DNA of 64,000 nucleotides from Seison nebaliae (lineage: Eukaryota), in assembly GCA_023231475.1 (NCBI GenBank), contig JALJEE010000986.1, forward strand, positions 1-64,000. The letters are read 5' to 3'. The notes under the pieces were generated by a model that worked only from the letters and a program-made list of their open reading frames with translations, had not been told where the DNA came from and ran no database searches. Every line of letters starts with the position of its first letter. The first letter of the stretch is position 1. Shown here one piece after another: positions 17,001-29,254 of the stretch. Position numbers and translations under genes: made by a program.

Positions 17001-17417
17001 ATTTGTGTTATAATTCGTAAGGATGTTAATTGTAATTGACTTAAATCGCCATTTTTCAAATATCTGCAGGAAGAAGCAAAATGAATGAATTAATGAACAA
17101 ATGAATGAAAAGAAATAAAGAAATGTAACATCGTATTCAAATTGGGAAAATATCGAACTATTCCGTTTAAGTATTTTTCTAATTCAACATCATTTTCAAC
17201 ATATCTGGATGATTATTAAAATTCATTGTTATGAAAGAAGAAAAAGAAACAAATTGAAAATTTTCCTTTTCTCAATAAAGGGACGAGTAAGAACGGAACG
17301 ATAATCAACTTCATTCTTACAAACTAAATCGAAAGTTCCCGATTGGTGTAAACATTGAGCATGGATAGTTGATTGAATCAAAAGTATGATGGTGATAAAA
17401 TGACGAATGAATATCAT
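14084..17417 (-). CDS. PXDN: Peroxidasin-like heme peroxidase (signal peptide, degenerate LRRs, one Ig, peroxidase domain); 9 exons
   Basis: Motifs YRTIDGSCNN, QWGQFLDHD, REQMNHVTSYIDAS, GDLRANEQ, AAFRFGH, NIQRGRDH, IDLWVGG and LRDGDRF. Short phase-2 LRR-type exons lie at about 16865-17205. Confidence 0.9.
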
Positions 17418-18033
17418 AATCTGATGGAAAGATCTTGTTATTAGAGAATATAAAAAAGAACATCAGTTGTTGCTGGTTCCTCTAACAACCACAACTCATA
17501 AAATAAATCAATTAATTTTCCTTTATTAAAGTGTTAATGAAGAATGTTCACCTCTTGACACGCGTGAAGGAAAAAGTATCTGAACGTGAGAACGATTAAA
17601 ATAATCACATTCATTATCGTTATGATGATAATAAGAGGAAAGTAATTTTTATTCAAGGATATCAATTTAATAAACAACTCGAACACATTTACCATATCAT
17701 CGAGGACGATAGTAAGAAAACATTCAGATATAACCAATGAATTCGAACATTGAATCATGATTACGTCAACATCAATTATCATCATATGATGGAAATTAAA
17801 ATGAAATTATCATAACTCTATTTCTCCAAGTCATTTACAATTTTTCTTCTTAAATCAATTCTCATTCAAATTTTCCGTTTTATTTCCATAATTTACCCGA
17901 CAACATAAGGGAATATTTTAAAATAGTTTTAAATTTATTCGTATAATAAGATGAAACAGACAATGAAGAAGAAGATAAAGAAGGAGAAGATATTAGAAGG
18001 AGAAATTGATTAATTGCCATCGATTTTTCCTTT

Positions 18034-20044
18034 TCAAACAAATGGATTGATTAAATCGTCAGTAGCTGATACTTGTTGGGGAGTTTGTGGTTTCGCTTCA
18101 GCTTGCATTTCCGCTAACGTCTTTTTCGGTTTATCATTTCGGTTAAATCCGTCGTCGTTTGCGCTGCTCTTCCCTATGATGGAATCGACACTAAAATCAG
18201 CGAACATATCATCAGCAGTTTTCTCTTTCGGTTTATTCTTCTTCTCTACGGGTTTCGTCTGCAAAGTTTGTGGTTGAAGTATATTGACTTGAGGGATTTC
18301 GGGAGCTGGCGTTGGAGTTGGAGTAAAGATACCACCTAAACCGAACGGACTTGGTTGTTGGGGTGTGGGCGAATTGAATGGGATTGATGGCGCTGCAAAC
18401 AAACTCGACATATTATTTGGTGACGTTGGTGTGGGCTGAGTTGGCGGAGTTGGATGTGTTTGCTGTATAGGAGCACCGAACATATCAAACTTAAGATCGG
18501 TTGATGGCGAGTATACCGATTGTACAGGCGGTTTTTGAGTGATCTCCAAATCATCAAACATGGCAGAAATTTCTTGATGAGCTTTGGTGGATGGTGATGG
18601 TAATGGTGCTCCAAATAAATCGTCCATTCCACTAGATTCTCCTTCATCGGTTTTCTAAAATTAATTCGAAAATGAATGTTTTACAATAAATTCATAAATT
18701 GATTAAAATCAGCTTCAGATCGATGAATGGAGGGAATTGGTTCAGAGGAAATAGTTGGAAGAAAGCGGAAGAAAACGGAAAAATTACTTCGGTTGATGGA
18801 ACGGGTTCAGTTTGCTCTTCAGCTATTGCAGTAATGTTCTTGAAAAGAATGAAAGAAATTTGATGTTAGGACAATTTATGAGGAATTGTTAGTTGGGAAA
18901 GAAATAGGAAAATGGCTGGGAAATTTGAGGAAGATGTGAATGGAACGAACTTGATTCAACGTGTTAATTTCACCGATTAAATTACATAGCTGATCGGCTG
19001 TTTTCGGATCATTCGGTTTGACATCTTCAGCAGCAATCGACAAATCTAATCCCTAAATTGGAGGTAAAATGTAAATCTTTCCCCAACAAACAAGAAGAAC
19101 TTGAGCGTCCAAAGTATCTCGTCGTATTCGATCGGCTTGTTTCTTTCTCATTTCTAATGTGATTTGGAATAAATCTTTCAATGCCATAACTGTTAGTTCG
19201 GCCTATCAATTCGTTAATAAAATGTGAATATTCAATTAATTCTAATAGAAAAGTAACAGCTTTCTCTGTTTTAATTCCAATAAATTGTTCTCGTCCACTC
19301 TCGTTCAAGAAGAGATATCCGAATGCACGAGCATCATTCACATCTCGAGAGATGTACGATATCTTCGATACCGGATGTTCATGTAAGAGGACCTATGGAA
19401 TCGAACGGAAAATAATTCCATTGATGGAAAATGTATCAAACTGCTCCTTGTTCGTCGTAAATTCGTACTCCTTCCAAATTGACTTTCACTAAAATTTTCG
19501 GTTTATGGTTTCCATAGTGTTGGACGAGCGCCTTCATTTTCACCATTGCTCGACGACATTCTTCGGCGCTATTATTCGAATCCGTATTTTCGATACCTTT
19601 AATAAAAATAATTATTATTTGGAAATTTTATGGAATTAAAACCGATAAATTTTCCCTTGAATGAGATACCATCCCCATCGTAACGTGAAGGATCCAGATT
19701 GTCTTGAAGAGAAAGAATAATGAAAAGAGAAGAAGAAGGAAATTGAAAGAACTTTCCGTTGTTGGAGTATCAGATGACATTTTGGAGAAGGTTCTACTTT
19801 TAAAATCTTTGAAAAATCTGCTACCGCTACTGGAATTCTGGTTAGATGTATTATCATCATTATTATTATCATCACCATCATTCTCTTTATTATTCTCTTT
19901 AACTACACTCTTAGTGGGTAGAGGTTCCTCACTTAACTTCTTCTCTAGTATGGGCGGAATGGCTTCGTCGTTAGCCGAATTACTACCTTCCACACTCGTC
20001 ACTGGATTGGATGTTGACCGATCAAAATAATTAGATAATTTCAT
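18034..20044 (-). CDS. Dab: Disabled (Dab1/Dab2)-like PTB-domain endocytic adaptor; at least 8 exons
   Basis: Spliced PTB domain: RYDGDGISFKGKFIG...HEHPVSKISYISRD..DARAFGY...FIGIKTEKAAE. The low-complexity tail has DLF/DMF motifs and ends in NPFV. The 5' end is uncertain. Confidence 0.85.
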
Positions 20045-21639
20045 ATCGATATAATTCGATAAATATTCTGCTTATTGTAAAAGTTGATGGAGAAGGATGA
20101 AGGAGAAAGTCTGCTCCACGGACTAAGCGAGAGAAATATTGATCAATTAAAGGAATGAAATTCAATTTATTATTTGTAAATAACAAATGAACTTGATAGA
20201 TGGATGAATAGATGGTAATAATACAAATGTTAATGATGTTTTGATAGGAGAAAAATTTCAGTGATGGGACAAAGTCGAATTCTACTTGAATCTTCTCACA
20301 ATTTTCGTATTCCTTTCTCAACTCTGTGTCCTCGCCAAGTGAGAGAACGTCGACGAAAGAAGCGGGAACATTCTTTATTGGGGAAGATTGAGAGAGAAGG
20401 AAAAATTAAAACTTCCAGTATCATATTATTTTGGAGAAGATGATGAAACACAAAAAAGAAACAAAAAGATGAAAACAACTTCAAATGTATATACGAAATG
20501 CTTACGATTATCATTATTATCCAACTCCCCTCCACTACAACAATACACAACGGAATAATCATAAAGATGATGAGAATAAAAAGAATGATGATAATAATAA
20601 TGATGATGATGATGATGATGGTAATGATGATAGTAAATAAAATATTAAAATTTTAAAAAAAAAAAATGTCAGGAATATAAAGAAAATTACTTTTCATAAA
20701 AACTATAAAGTTACCATTCCGAACAACGACAACAACAACAGGAAACTACGACTACAGACCAGCAGTTTCACAAACTTTATTCTTGAACGAAGGCAAAATG
20801 AAGAACATTAGTTAGTTATTCAATTTTCTCTCGAGCATGAGATCGGAGAGAATTTGAATAATCAATCTCCTAAGAGATTTAATTACTTTTTCTGATGACT
20901 GAAAGTTTGATTAGAATTACATCCAATTTTTCTTCATCAATTTCACCATCACTAATGATTGAATAAGAATCGAACGGTGATGAGAAAAGAGAATTATTAA
21001 AACGAAAAGAAGAAAAATGACCTCCAATCTTCAAATCTTATTACGAAAGATACTTATTTACAATCGTAAAAGAAGAAGATGAACAAAGTTTACCAAATAT
21101 TAATGTCAACATTTCGTTTCGACTTAGCGAGACTATCTTCCTCCATTCGATTGGATGTATACTTGATTCTCAATTCAATTTTACTCCCTCCTATCCAAAC
21201 ACAAAGGAAATTTAATTATTAAACTTGTCTATTTTATTTCCTTTTTCACCATTCTAACACGATGATTTATTTATCACAAATTAGTCAGACAATTCTCCAT
21301 TAGTTGCTCAACGCAAAATTAATTACTAGATATAGAAAGGAATTGTTGGGAATATTAAGGTATTTCAATTAGTAATATTATTAATTATTAGTTAAAGTTG
21401 ACAATAATTTTATTTGTTTCAATTTGAAACTTTTTTATAATTTTGTTTGAGAAAAAAAAATTAGAGAAACTTCTTCCGAATTTAATTATTTCAAAATGGT
21501 TTGTCTGATGATGTTTAAGATGGATGTGATAAATTTAGAGATTAGAAAGGAATTTTACTTCCGGTTCAAATAATATTGGAATAGAAAAGTTCGGATGAAG
21601 ATCCGTTGCGAAGAAAACCATTTATTGAGTAGATAAGAA

Positions 21640-21722
21640 GATTTGAAAAATATTTCAGTCGAAATCAGGAACATATTTTTCTGTTCTTTCATTGATCATC
21701 GACATCATTTTGATGAGAATAA
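21640..21722 (-). promoter_or_regulatory. Candidate SECIS element (type II) in the SELENOK 3' UTR
   Basis: Minus strand reads AUGA(21708)-U-GUCGAUGAUC-AA...GAACA/UGUUC minihelix...GAUUUCGAC-U-GA(21655). This gives a non-Watson-Crick quartet, about 10 bp of helix II and unpaired As 11 nt after AUGA, about 90 nt downstream of the UGA. Confidence 0.7.
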
Positions 21723-21793
21723 ATTTGTTTAAATTATGACGATGTGAAATTCGATGATAATTTTGACTTGTCTACCAAAAATTATCATCAAAA

Positions 21794-22230
21794 TTAACCT
21801 CATCCGCCTGACGTTGCACATGGTGGAGCGGACGATCCGTTACCTGAAATGAAAATTAAAAATTTCTCAATTTCCATCCATTACGACCAGAAAACTTACC
21901 GTGAAATATTCCACCACGAGGTCGTCGTCTTGCTCTTGTTCCGGTTGATTGAGAATCAGATTGATATGTTGATCCACTTCCATCACCAGTTACATATGGC
22001 TAATAATAGAATTAAGAAAAGAATGTTAATGAGAATTTAGAAGATAATGAAAATGAAATGGAACGTCATATAATGTCATAAAGAAGAAGCAAATGAAATT
22101 ATAAAAAGACATTAAAAAATCTTTTGCTTGATGATAATATGATTTATTATCGGTTACTTCACCTAATTGAAATAAATTGAAAGATATTTTACATTAATCA
22201 AATGAAACCGCTTGATGATATGTAGACCAT
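21794..22230 (-). CDS. SELENOK: Selenoprotein K (89 aa, UGA-encoded Sec at penultimate position); 4 exons, not in ORF track
   Basis: Exons 22230-22209, 22162-22065, 21999-21900 and 21843-21794 give MVYISSSGEV...DFLMSFYNFICFFFMTLYDP...RRRPRGG...APPCATSGG-TGA-GGT-TAA. This matches the SelK pattern: MVYIS start, one TM helix, G/R/P-rich tail, GGUG end. Confidence 0.9.
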
Positions 22231-22790
22231 GATGGAACAATCTGAGAAATAAATGGAAATAAATAGTTGAATATAATTTAAAATAGAAGAAGAATAAATT
22301 AGAAAAAAAATCAAAAAAGAAAAATTTGGATTTTATTTATGAAAGGTAGAATGATTTATTCAAATATTTTTAAGGAAAATTTTATCTTTTAAATATGAAT
22401 CATCTTTTCTTGGAATCTTCAAACAAATCATTTATTCATCAATTTAATTCCATCTCATCAATTTAATGAAAGAAAAATAAAAGAAAAAAATTCGAATTTG
22501 AGATGGAATTAATTTGGAGAAACTTCTTCTCTCCATTCACTTCGATTAGAATTGGAAGCTCTACAATCATTTTTCAAATTGAAAATGATTCTAGAATTCG
22601 AGAAAAAACTTCAATATAACTTTTCTTTCAATATTTCACAAGAAATCTCCTTCTAAAAAAGATTTAAAAACAGAAAAAGATATTTTTTGATAATATTATG
22701 AAAGAAAAGACATTTTGAAGAATTATTAAAAAATTGAAAAAAAAAAAACTTTTTCTTTTAAAAACTATCTTTCCTCCTATCTATTAGAAA

Positions 22791-24593
22791 ATGCATGAAC
22801 TTATTACTTTATCTTTTGGTAATGAAGCGAATCATATTGCGGCAGCCACATTAGAATATGAACAACCGAGAAATATTTATGGTACTGATTATAAATTGGA
22901 GAAATGTACAGAGGAGTTACGTGGACGACAATTGCAGGGATTAGAAACGAATCCCAATCAATTATTTCGAGAAATCGATAATTCCCAATCACAATGTCGT
23001 GAATATACGCCTCGTGCATTATTCGTGGAATGGGCACCGTCTGCGCATTCCACTCAAGAATTTATTGATCGAAGTCGATTTCGTCAATTTGTCAATCAAC
23101 CATTGAATGGAATGATGAAGCGATTGGTAGTAGAGAAATCGGAATGTGAAAATGAAAATTCGAAATTTATCGATCCATATCGATATGAAGGAAGAATGGA
23201 GGATGGAGATGGAGATAATTCTTGTAATGATAATTCATCAGATGAAGAAGAAAAGATTTCGATAGAAAATGAATTGGATGAACATTGGAAACGATCGTCT
23301 TATGGTCGAATGAAGAATGAAAATATTTTGACATTATCACAAAATGATTTTGATGCAGATATTTCTCCTCTTTTATGGAATCGTTATAATGATGACATAA
23401 TTGATCGAATTCGACACTTAACTGAAAATTGTGACAATTTCGAAGGTTTCCTTTCCTATTCCTCTATTTTCTTCGACGATTATGGAATCCATTCGAGTAT
23501 TGTTGATCGTTTGATTAATGAGTACATTGCTGATGAATTTCCAAATAAACCATTAACGATGTTCGATGTGAATTGTCGTAATAATGACCTGAATGATGGT
23601 TGGTATCGATGGCGAAGTGTGAAGAATGTCAATTCTTTCATTTTTGATAGAGAGACGAAATGTTCAGTTTTCCATCCCATCTCCATACCATCAATTATTC
23701 TTCCCAAACATATTTCACAAGTGTTTCTAATTGGAGCATGTATCTCCAATACCATCCTCCCATTAATCAAAACGGATAATCGTTTATCGTTATTAGAATA
23801 TTGCAATTCTACCAATCTGTTAGGACAACAATCGTTGACGTCACTTCATGGGAATTTGACGAAATTATTAACTGAATTAAACATTTCTTCAACTTCTCCA
23901 ATTGTCGACCATTTTCAAAAATATGAGAAAAATACAAATTCAATTTTTCCTCTTCATTATTTGACATCATTCTCTCGAATTCCAGGAGAATTGAGAAATA
24001 TTTCTAATTATCATTTCTTACCTCCAACATCGTCTACTCAATTCATGGGAATTTCATCCTCCGGGAACTATTTTCGAAATTCTGATACTAAATTGAATGA
24101 AGAGTTATATAAATGTTATCGACCACAATCTATCAAATTCATCGACACAATTTCACAGCGGAAAATATCGGAACAATTCTTCTTGAAGAAATCAGACGAA
24201 ATTGATCACGACATTTCCCATTTGATGAAAATGACGAAATTCTCTTTATTAACAATCAATTCCACAAACACTCGATCTCATCACATAACGAAGTATAATG
24301 AGAATCAATTAGATTCCGTCCTTCCTCTACTCATCAATCGACATCCATTCGAGACATTCTCATCTAACACCGAAAATACAGAAGCTCATCCATTTCATGA
24401 ACGATTTATCGCTGCTCTTCTCTCACAGAGTAAATCGAAACGTATCAACTATAAAATGTTGGAATATTTCGGACGAATTAATGAGAAAGTTCAGAAAAAT
24501 ATCGACCGAAACGAACGACAAGACATCATCGATAATCTCTCCTCTAAAGTAGATTTAATAGATATGTTCGAACATGAGGATGATTCTGATTAA
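22791..24593 (+). CDS. MSTO1: Misato/DML1 tubulin-like protein (intronless)
   Basis: 600-aa ORF with MHELITLSFGNEANHI, LFRE...YTPRALFVE and DRIRHLTENCDNFEGF...IADEFPNK, typical misato segments. Confidence 0.8.
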   Translation: MHELITLSFGNEANHIAAATLEYEQPRNIYGTDYKLEKCTEELRGRQLQGLETNPNQLFREIDNSQSQCREYTPRALFVEWAPSAHSTQEFIDRSRFRQFVNQPLNGMMKRLVVEKSECENENSKFIDPYRYEGRMEDGDGDNSCNDNSSDEEEKISIENELDEHWKRSSYGRMKNENILTLSQNDFDADISPLLWNRYNDDIIDRIRHLTENCDNFEGFLSYSSIFFDDYGIHSSIVDRLINEYIADEFPNKPLTMFDVNCRNNDLNDGWYRWRSVKNVNSFIFDRETKCSVFHPISIPSIILPKHISQVFLIGACISNTILPLIKTDNRLSLLEYCNSTNLLGQQSLTSLHGNLTKLLTELNISSTSPIVDHFQKYEKNTNSIFPLHYLTSFSRIPGELRNISNYHFLPPTSSTQFMGISSSGNYFRNSDTKLNEELYKCYRPQSIKFIDTISQRKISEQFFLKKSDEIDHDISHLMKMTKFSLLTINSTNTRSHHITKYNENQLDSVLPLLINRHPFETFSSNTENTEAHPFHERFIAALLSQSKSKRINYKMLEYFGRINEKVQKNIDRNERQDIIDNLSSKVDLIDMFEHEDDSD

Positions 24594-24852
24594 ATTTAAT
24601 CTTCTTTCTTCTCAATGTCGTTTTGTTTTCATAATTCATTTCAACTTCTATTTGTTAAAACACTCGAAAGTTTTTTTCGAAAAAAAAATAGAATTTATAT
24701 TTTTTAAAATTTAATACAATTCCTTCTAATTTTCTTCTTTCCCATATAATATATATATATGTGATAATGACGACTTATTAATCATAAAATTGTTTAAGAG
24801 TGAACGAATGTGAGAGAAAATAAGAAAATTATAAAAAAAAAATATTTTTCCG

Positions 24853-26415
24853 TTATAAACGACATTTCCGTTCGATAATTAAATCGCCATTCTCTTCATA
24901 ATCTGATTTGGTTATCCAGCATTGTTGGAATGTGCCCTAAAAAGAAGAAATGAAGAAAAGATGAAGTAAAAAAAGAAACCATAGAAGATAAAATTGATCC
25001 GCCAGTGAAATTTGCATATCGTCTTTCAGTTGTGGTATTTGACGCTTGTATTTTTATTTTACTATTCTACAAAAAGGGAAAGAAGATGAAAGATTAAGAT
25101 GAATGAAGGAAATGAAGAACATTTGTTTGTAGATCTTTTGTAAGACGATCGACGAATCCGAATGTCAATGATAATCCACCAGTAACGACGATATTATTCA
25201 ATAATGTTTGTCGGACATCTGGTTCGTTTTGATCAATGCAATTCTTTATGAGATTGGATAAAGCTAAACAAGAATCTTGTTTATTTCCTAATCTTGATGG
25301 ATCGAATAACGGTTCAATACAACGGAAACGTTCCTCACCAAAATCGGTATTATAACCGTTTGGAAATTCGAATGGAACTCGTGGTAGATGTGTGATAATT
25401 TCTTCTTCTAACGGTACGTCAGATACTTGAATAACATGTGACATGAAATCTTTATAGAAATCGTTGAGAAATAAATCCGCTTGTGATTTACTCACATCAT
25501 AATTCTCACGTTGTTTCCATCTCGCTGCATTATTCATCGAAACACATTCCTTCACTCGAATACGTTGACGAACGATCGGATTAATTTTACGTTGTTGTAA
25601 CATCTTTTGACATTCTTGAATGACATAATCACCACCAATAGGTGAAGAACAAATACCTGGAAAATTTCCATCAAATTCATCAACGTCAAAGGAAAAAACG
25701 GAAACTTTTCTTCATCAAATATCCTTCGACTATTGGAGAGATTGTGGTATGTGTCTGACCGCAATCCACAATAATAGCTGTCGTCTTCCCATGAGCGAAT
25801 GTGCACATTTGAGAGGATTGTGCAAACCATACTGCAGGTATTTTTAATCGTTCATAAGCCATTGCACAAAATTTCTTTCGGTCTTTATTTGAAAATTTCT
25901 AAAAAAAATTTTGAAAATAATTCAAAATTCTTTTATAACATGATTTGAATGATAACTGGTGGTTCGACGAGGAATAACGGCGACTCTTCTAACATGTGAC
26001 CACAACCTAATTTGAAGGAAATCGAATATCTCATCGCATCTTCCAATCCATCCCAATCCGTTACTGAAATTATTAGAAGATTTATATTAATATTTAAAAT
26101 ATGGGGAAACTTTCTCCTTTTTCAATATATTTGCCAATTTCATATTTTTTCGGATGGACAGCTCGAGTAATATTTGTACCAAAATCTCTCTTGATCTTTT
26201 CATTCTCATCCATAAGAGGATAATAACCGTATTCAGTTGGTAAATCAACTTTCGGTAAGTCGTCACCCGAATATCCACAACGGAGCGACGTCTGGTTAAT
26301 ACTCACAACAATCGCTCCCACATCCTCTGAATGAAGTGGATAAATAAATTTGAGGAAATAAGAAAAAATTTGAAAAACCGCCTCCCGCTAATAACGAATT
26401 GAACTTTTGAGACAT
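24853..26415 (-). CDS. ACTL6: Actin-like protein 6 (BAF53/Arp4); 7 exons
   Basis: GGEDVGAIVV...RCGYSGDDLPK, FEFPNGYNTDFGEERF, NIVVTGGLS...FVDRL and GGSILSSMGTFQQCWITK.DYEENG...ERKC. Six GTT-AG introns. Confidence 0.9.
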
Positions 26416-26666
26416 GAACCAAAAGATAATGGAATTTTATTCTTATTAAGCTTAGAATAACAAAAAAAGAATTATTGAAAATTTATTTGGAATTACACGA
26501 CAATTATGACGAGAAGATTACTCTCAATAAATTAAAATGGAAAGAAAAGGAAAAAAGGAATTTATATAATTTCTGTTTCAATTAATATTATTTAGTTGCC
26601 CAACTCAAACATTAGAAAAATTTGATTGTTGAAACTAATTTCTCATTTACTATACTAGGAGACATT

Positions 26667-28340
26667 TTACTTGTCGATAACAACATATGTTGGTTGAGTA
26701 TCTACCCCACAGTTATTGTCTCGTTGTGACATGAGAACGTAACCGTCATCTCCCCAATTAGTCGACCAAGAATTCTTCACGAGCCAATAAGCCTCTCCAT
26801 TCTGTATACCGTAACCGACAGCGAGAACTGAATGATCCAATTGATCTGGTCCACTGCCACAATCCGGTTCATAATAGACTCCATTGGCATAGAAAGCAAA
26901 GGATAAATGAGATGCATCAATACCAATACTAATCGGTCCTTTAGCAACTATAGCTCCTTTCAATATTTCTCGTTCATATGGTGTAACGGCAACATAGCCG
27001 GAAATGGTCGCACCAATAGTGGCATTAGAGAAATGACAGAAACTATCTTGTCCCAAATAAATTCCATAAGACTCTTCAGTGGCAATACCTCCATGTTTCT
27101 TTATCCATCGATATGATCGGAAATCTTCACCGCCATCACAAGCGTTGTTACCAAAACCCCAAGTACAATCCATGAGATTCTGTTGAGATAATCTCACTAA
27201 TTTACCTGTATTTAAAAACCAAGCTCCTTCGATCGTGCCCGTTGTACCGAAACTCCAACAACTTCCACAAATTGCTTGATCTTTCACCGGTGTAACCGCC
27301 CCATGTAGTCTCCAATCGAATTCATCCGGTACAGATTTCGTTTTCAATTCTTCATCCGGACATGGAATCGCGTCTTCCATCTTATCATTAGAAGTTGATT
27401 TACCTCGAAGCATTTTCAATTCTTCTTTCGATTTATCAGCCAAATGATTGACAGCTAGCGTATAAGTAAGCTTAGCGCGATTTTTCGAATTAATGAATCG
27501 AAGATTCTGTCGGAAATTATGGAGACGTTTCGTTCGTTCCACAACTTCAGTCTCATATGTCTTTCCATGTTTTTTAACGAAATTGTGGAAATGTGGATGA
27601 ACATGATCCGTGTTCATTGAATCGGGTATGAATTCCTTAAATGGATTTGCTGATAATTCGTGGAATTTTATTTCATCATCATTTCCTACACCCGGACCAG
27701 GAAACGGTGTACAAGCGATTTTTCCATTAATATCGAAATCACTTTTTGGAGGAGCGATAGGTAAATAATCTTTGTATGTGACATAATAACGATCGTAATG
27801 GGAACCCATTAACGTGTCATAACCAATCATTTCATATCGTAACGGTATGGAAATTATTGGATCCATACAGAATGTATAAGTATTCACTCGACCAAATTGT
27901 TTTGTTACTTTCTTATATAAAGCACAATTTATATTTCTCCAACTTTCTGTTCCCATATAATCGAAATCAGACAAATCTGGAAAAACAGATTGCATTTGAA
28001 CTGGAGCTGAACTCGATCCATTTACACGGAAACAAGACATTTTATTGAGGAAATCTTCGTTACTTTCAGGTACCACTTTCAATGAATAATTATCTTGTTC
28101 CGATTGTAAAGTCTTTGCCGAACCGCCATAATAATCAATACGAGATAGCTTCAAGTCATGATTGACGAATGCTTTGAATGGTTCTTCGATTTCCGCATAT
28201 GGCAAATAAATGATACCACTGGCATAATAAGAAAGAGGTAGAATTTGATGAAATGGAGAATTGTCTTTGTCAGTGAACGATTGAGTGGAAGTGAAGAGAC
28301 TTATTGAAGAGAATAAGAAGATTAAGATAAAATTCTTCAT
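26667..28340 (-). CDS. Papain-family cysteine protease of the 26/29-kDa proteinase type (intronless)
   Basis: Signal peptide, long N-terminal domain (LPYAEIEEPF...GSHYDRY), I29 prodomain (VNHLAD) and catalytic QAICGSCW / LDHSV / KNSW. Confidence 0.92.
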   Translation of the reverse strand: MKNFILIFLFSSISLFTSTQSFTDKDNSPFHQILPLSYYASGIIYLPYAEIEEPFKAFVNHDLKLSRIDYYGGSAKTLQSEQDNYSLKVVPESNEDFLNKMSCFRVNGSSSAPVQMQSVFPDLSDFDYMGTESWRNINCALYKKVTKQFGRVNTYTFCMDPIISIPLRYEMIGYDTLMGSHYDRYYVTYKDYLPIAPPKSDFDINGKIACTPFPGPGVGNDDEIKFHELSANPFKEFIPDSMNTDHVHPHFHNFVKKHGKTYETEVVERTKRLHNFRQNLRFINSKNRAKLTYTLAVNHLADKSKEELKMLRGKSTSNDKMEDAIPCPDEELKTKSVPDEFDWRLHGAVTPVKDQAICGSCWSFGTTGTIEGAWFLNTGKLVRLSQQNLMDCTWGFGNNACDGGEDFRSYRWIKKHGGIATEESYGIYLGQDSFCHFSNATIGATISGYVAVTPYEREILKGAIVAKGPISIGIDASHLSFAFYANGVYYEPDCGSGPDQLDHSVLAVGYGIQNGEAYWLVKNSWSTNWGDDGYVLMSQRDNNCGVDTQPTYVVIDK

Positions 28341-28660
28341 TTCTACTAATTTTCTCGTAAAAAAAAAGAAAAGAAAGGAATAATCAGAAACTGTTAGATC
28401 TTATTAAATGAAGAAGTATTTGTAGTTCATCCTCATTCTCTACTTCCCACCAAAGGGCAAAATCCAAAAAATAATTTAATTTATTTACATTCAATTCCTC
28501 AATTAACATCGTCTAATCATAACAAGTTAATGGGAAAAATGAAGTAATTTATGGTTTGTTGTCGTTCCGTATTCATATGACTATTCATATGATAATGTTG
28601 TGAGGATCATCAATCGAAAATGAATTTTGCGTTCCTTTCAAATTTTTTGGCTTCATCAAA

Positions 28661-29132
28661 ATGAACAATTTGAAGAGAAGTTTTTTCAAATTTTTTAACA
28701 TTCACCACAACGAATCGGTTTCCATCGTTTTTCCAACATCTCAAAACTCAACTTTCCTTTTCTCCACTCCACAGACGAAACAGCGACGATCCCGACAACA
28801 AGAAGTCTCCAAACATTCAACAAGTCGACTAAGTTTAGATTCTACGTTCTACACAGCAGAAAATCGTCTTTGGAAACCGATTCTTCCGACACATCTTACT
28901 GGAACGAGTGAAGAGAAATTGAAAAATAAATGTCTATCAGAATTGGATATATCTAAATTGGTTAATGAAAGAAATAGGTCGATTATTCCGGGTAATTCTG
29001 TGATAATTGTAGTGAATGAGCATAATCATATAAAGAAGGTGAGAAAAGAAATGACTTTATTTTAATTTCTCTAAAATTTAATATTTTTTTTTAAAGATTT
29101 TTCGTGAGAATTATACAGTGGAAGAAATATAG
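28661..29132 (+). CDS. Possible small orphan protein (2 exons)
   Basis: 134-aa ATG ORF with a plausible intron 29039-29096 (GTGAGA...TTAAAG) leading to TAG at 29132. No recognisable domain. Confidence 0.35.
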
Positions 29133-29254
29133 ATTATTGATCAAAACTGAATAAGTTTGAAAATGAATTGGTGAATCTCATTTATATTTAAGTTATTTAG
29201 TTTAAAGATTAAATTTTATAATAAATCTCATTTTAATTATTGTTCGGATGTTGG

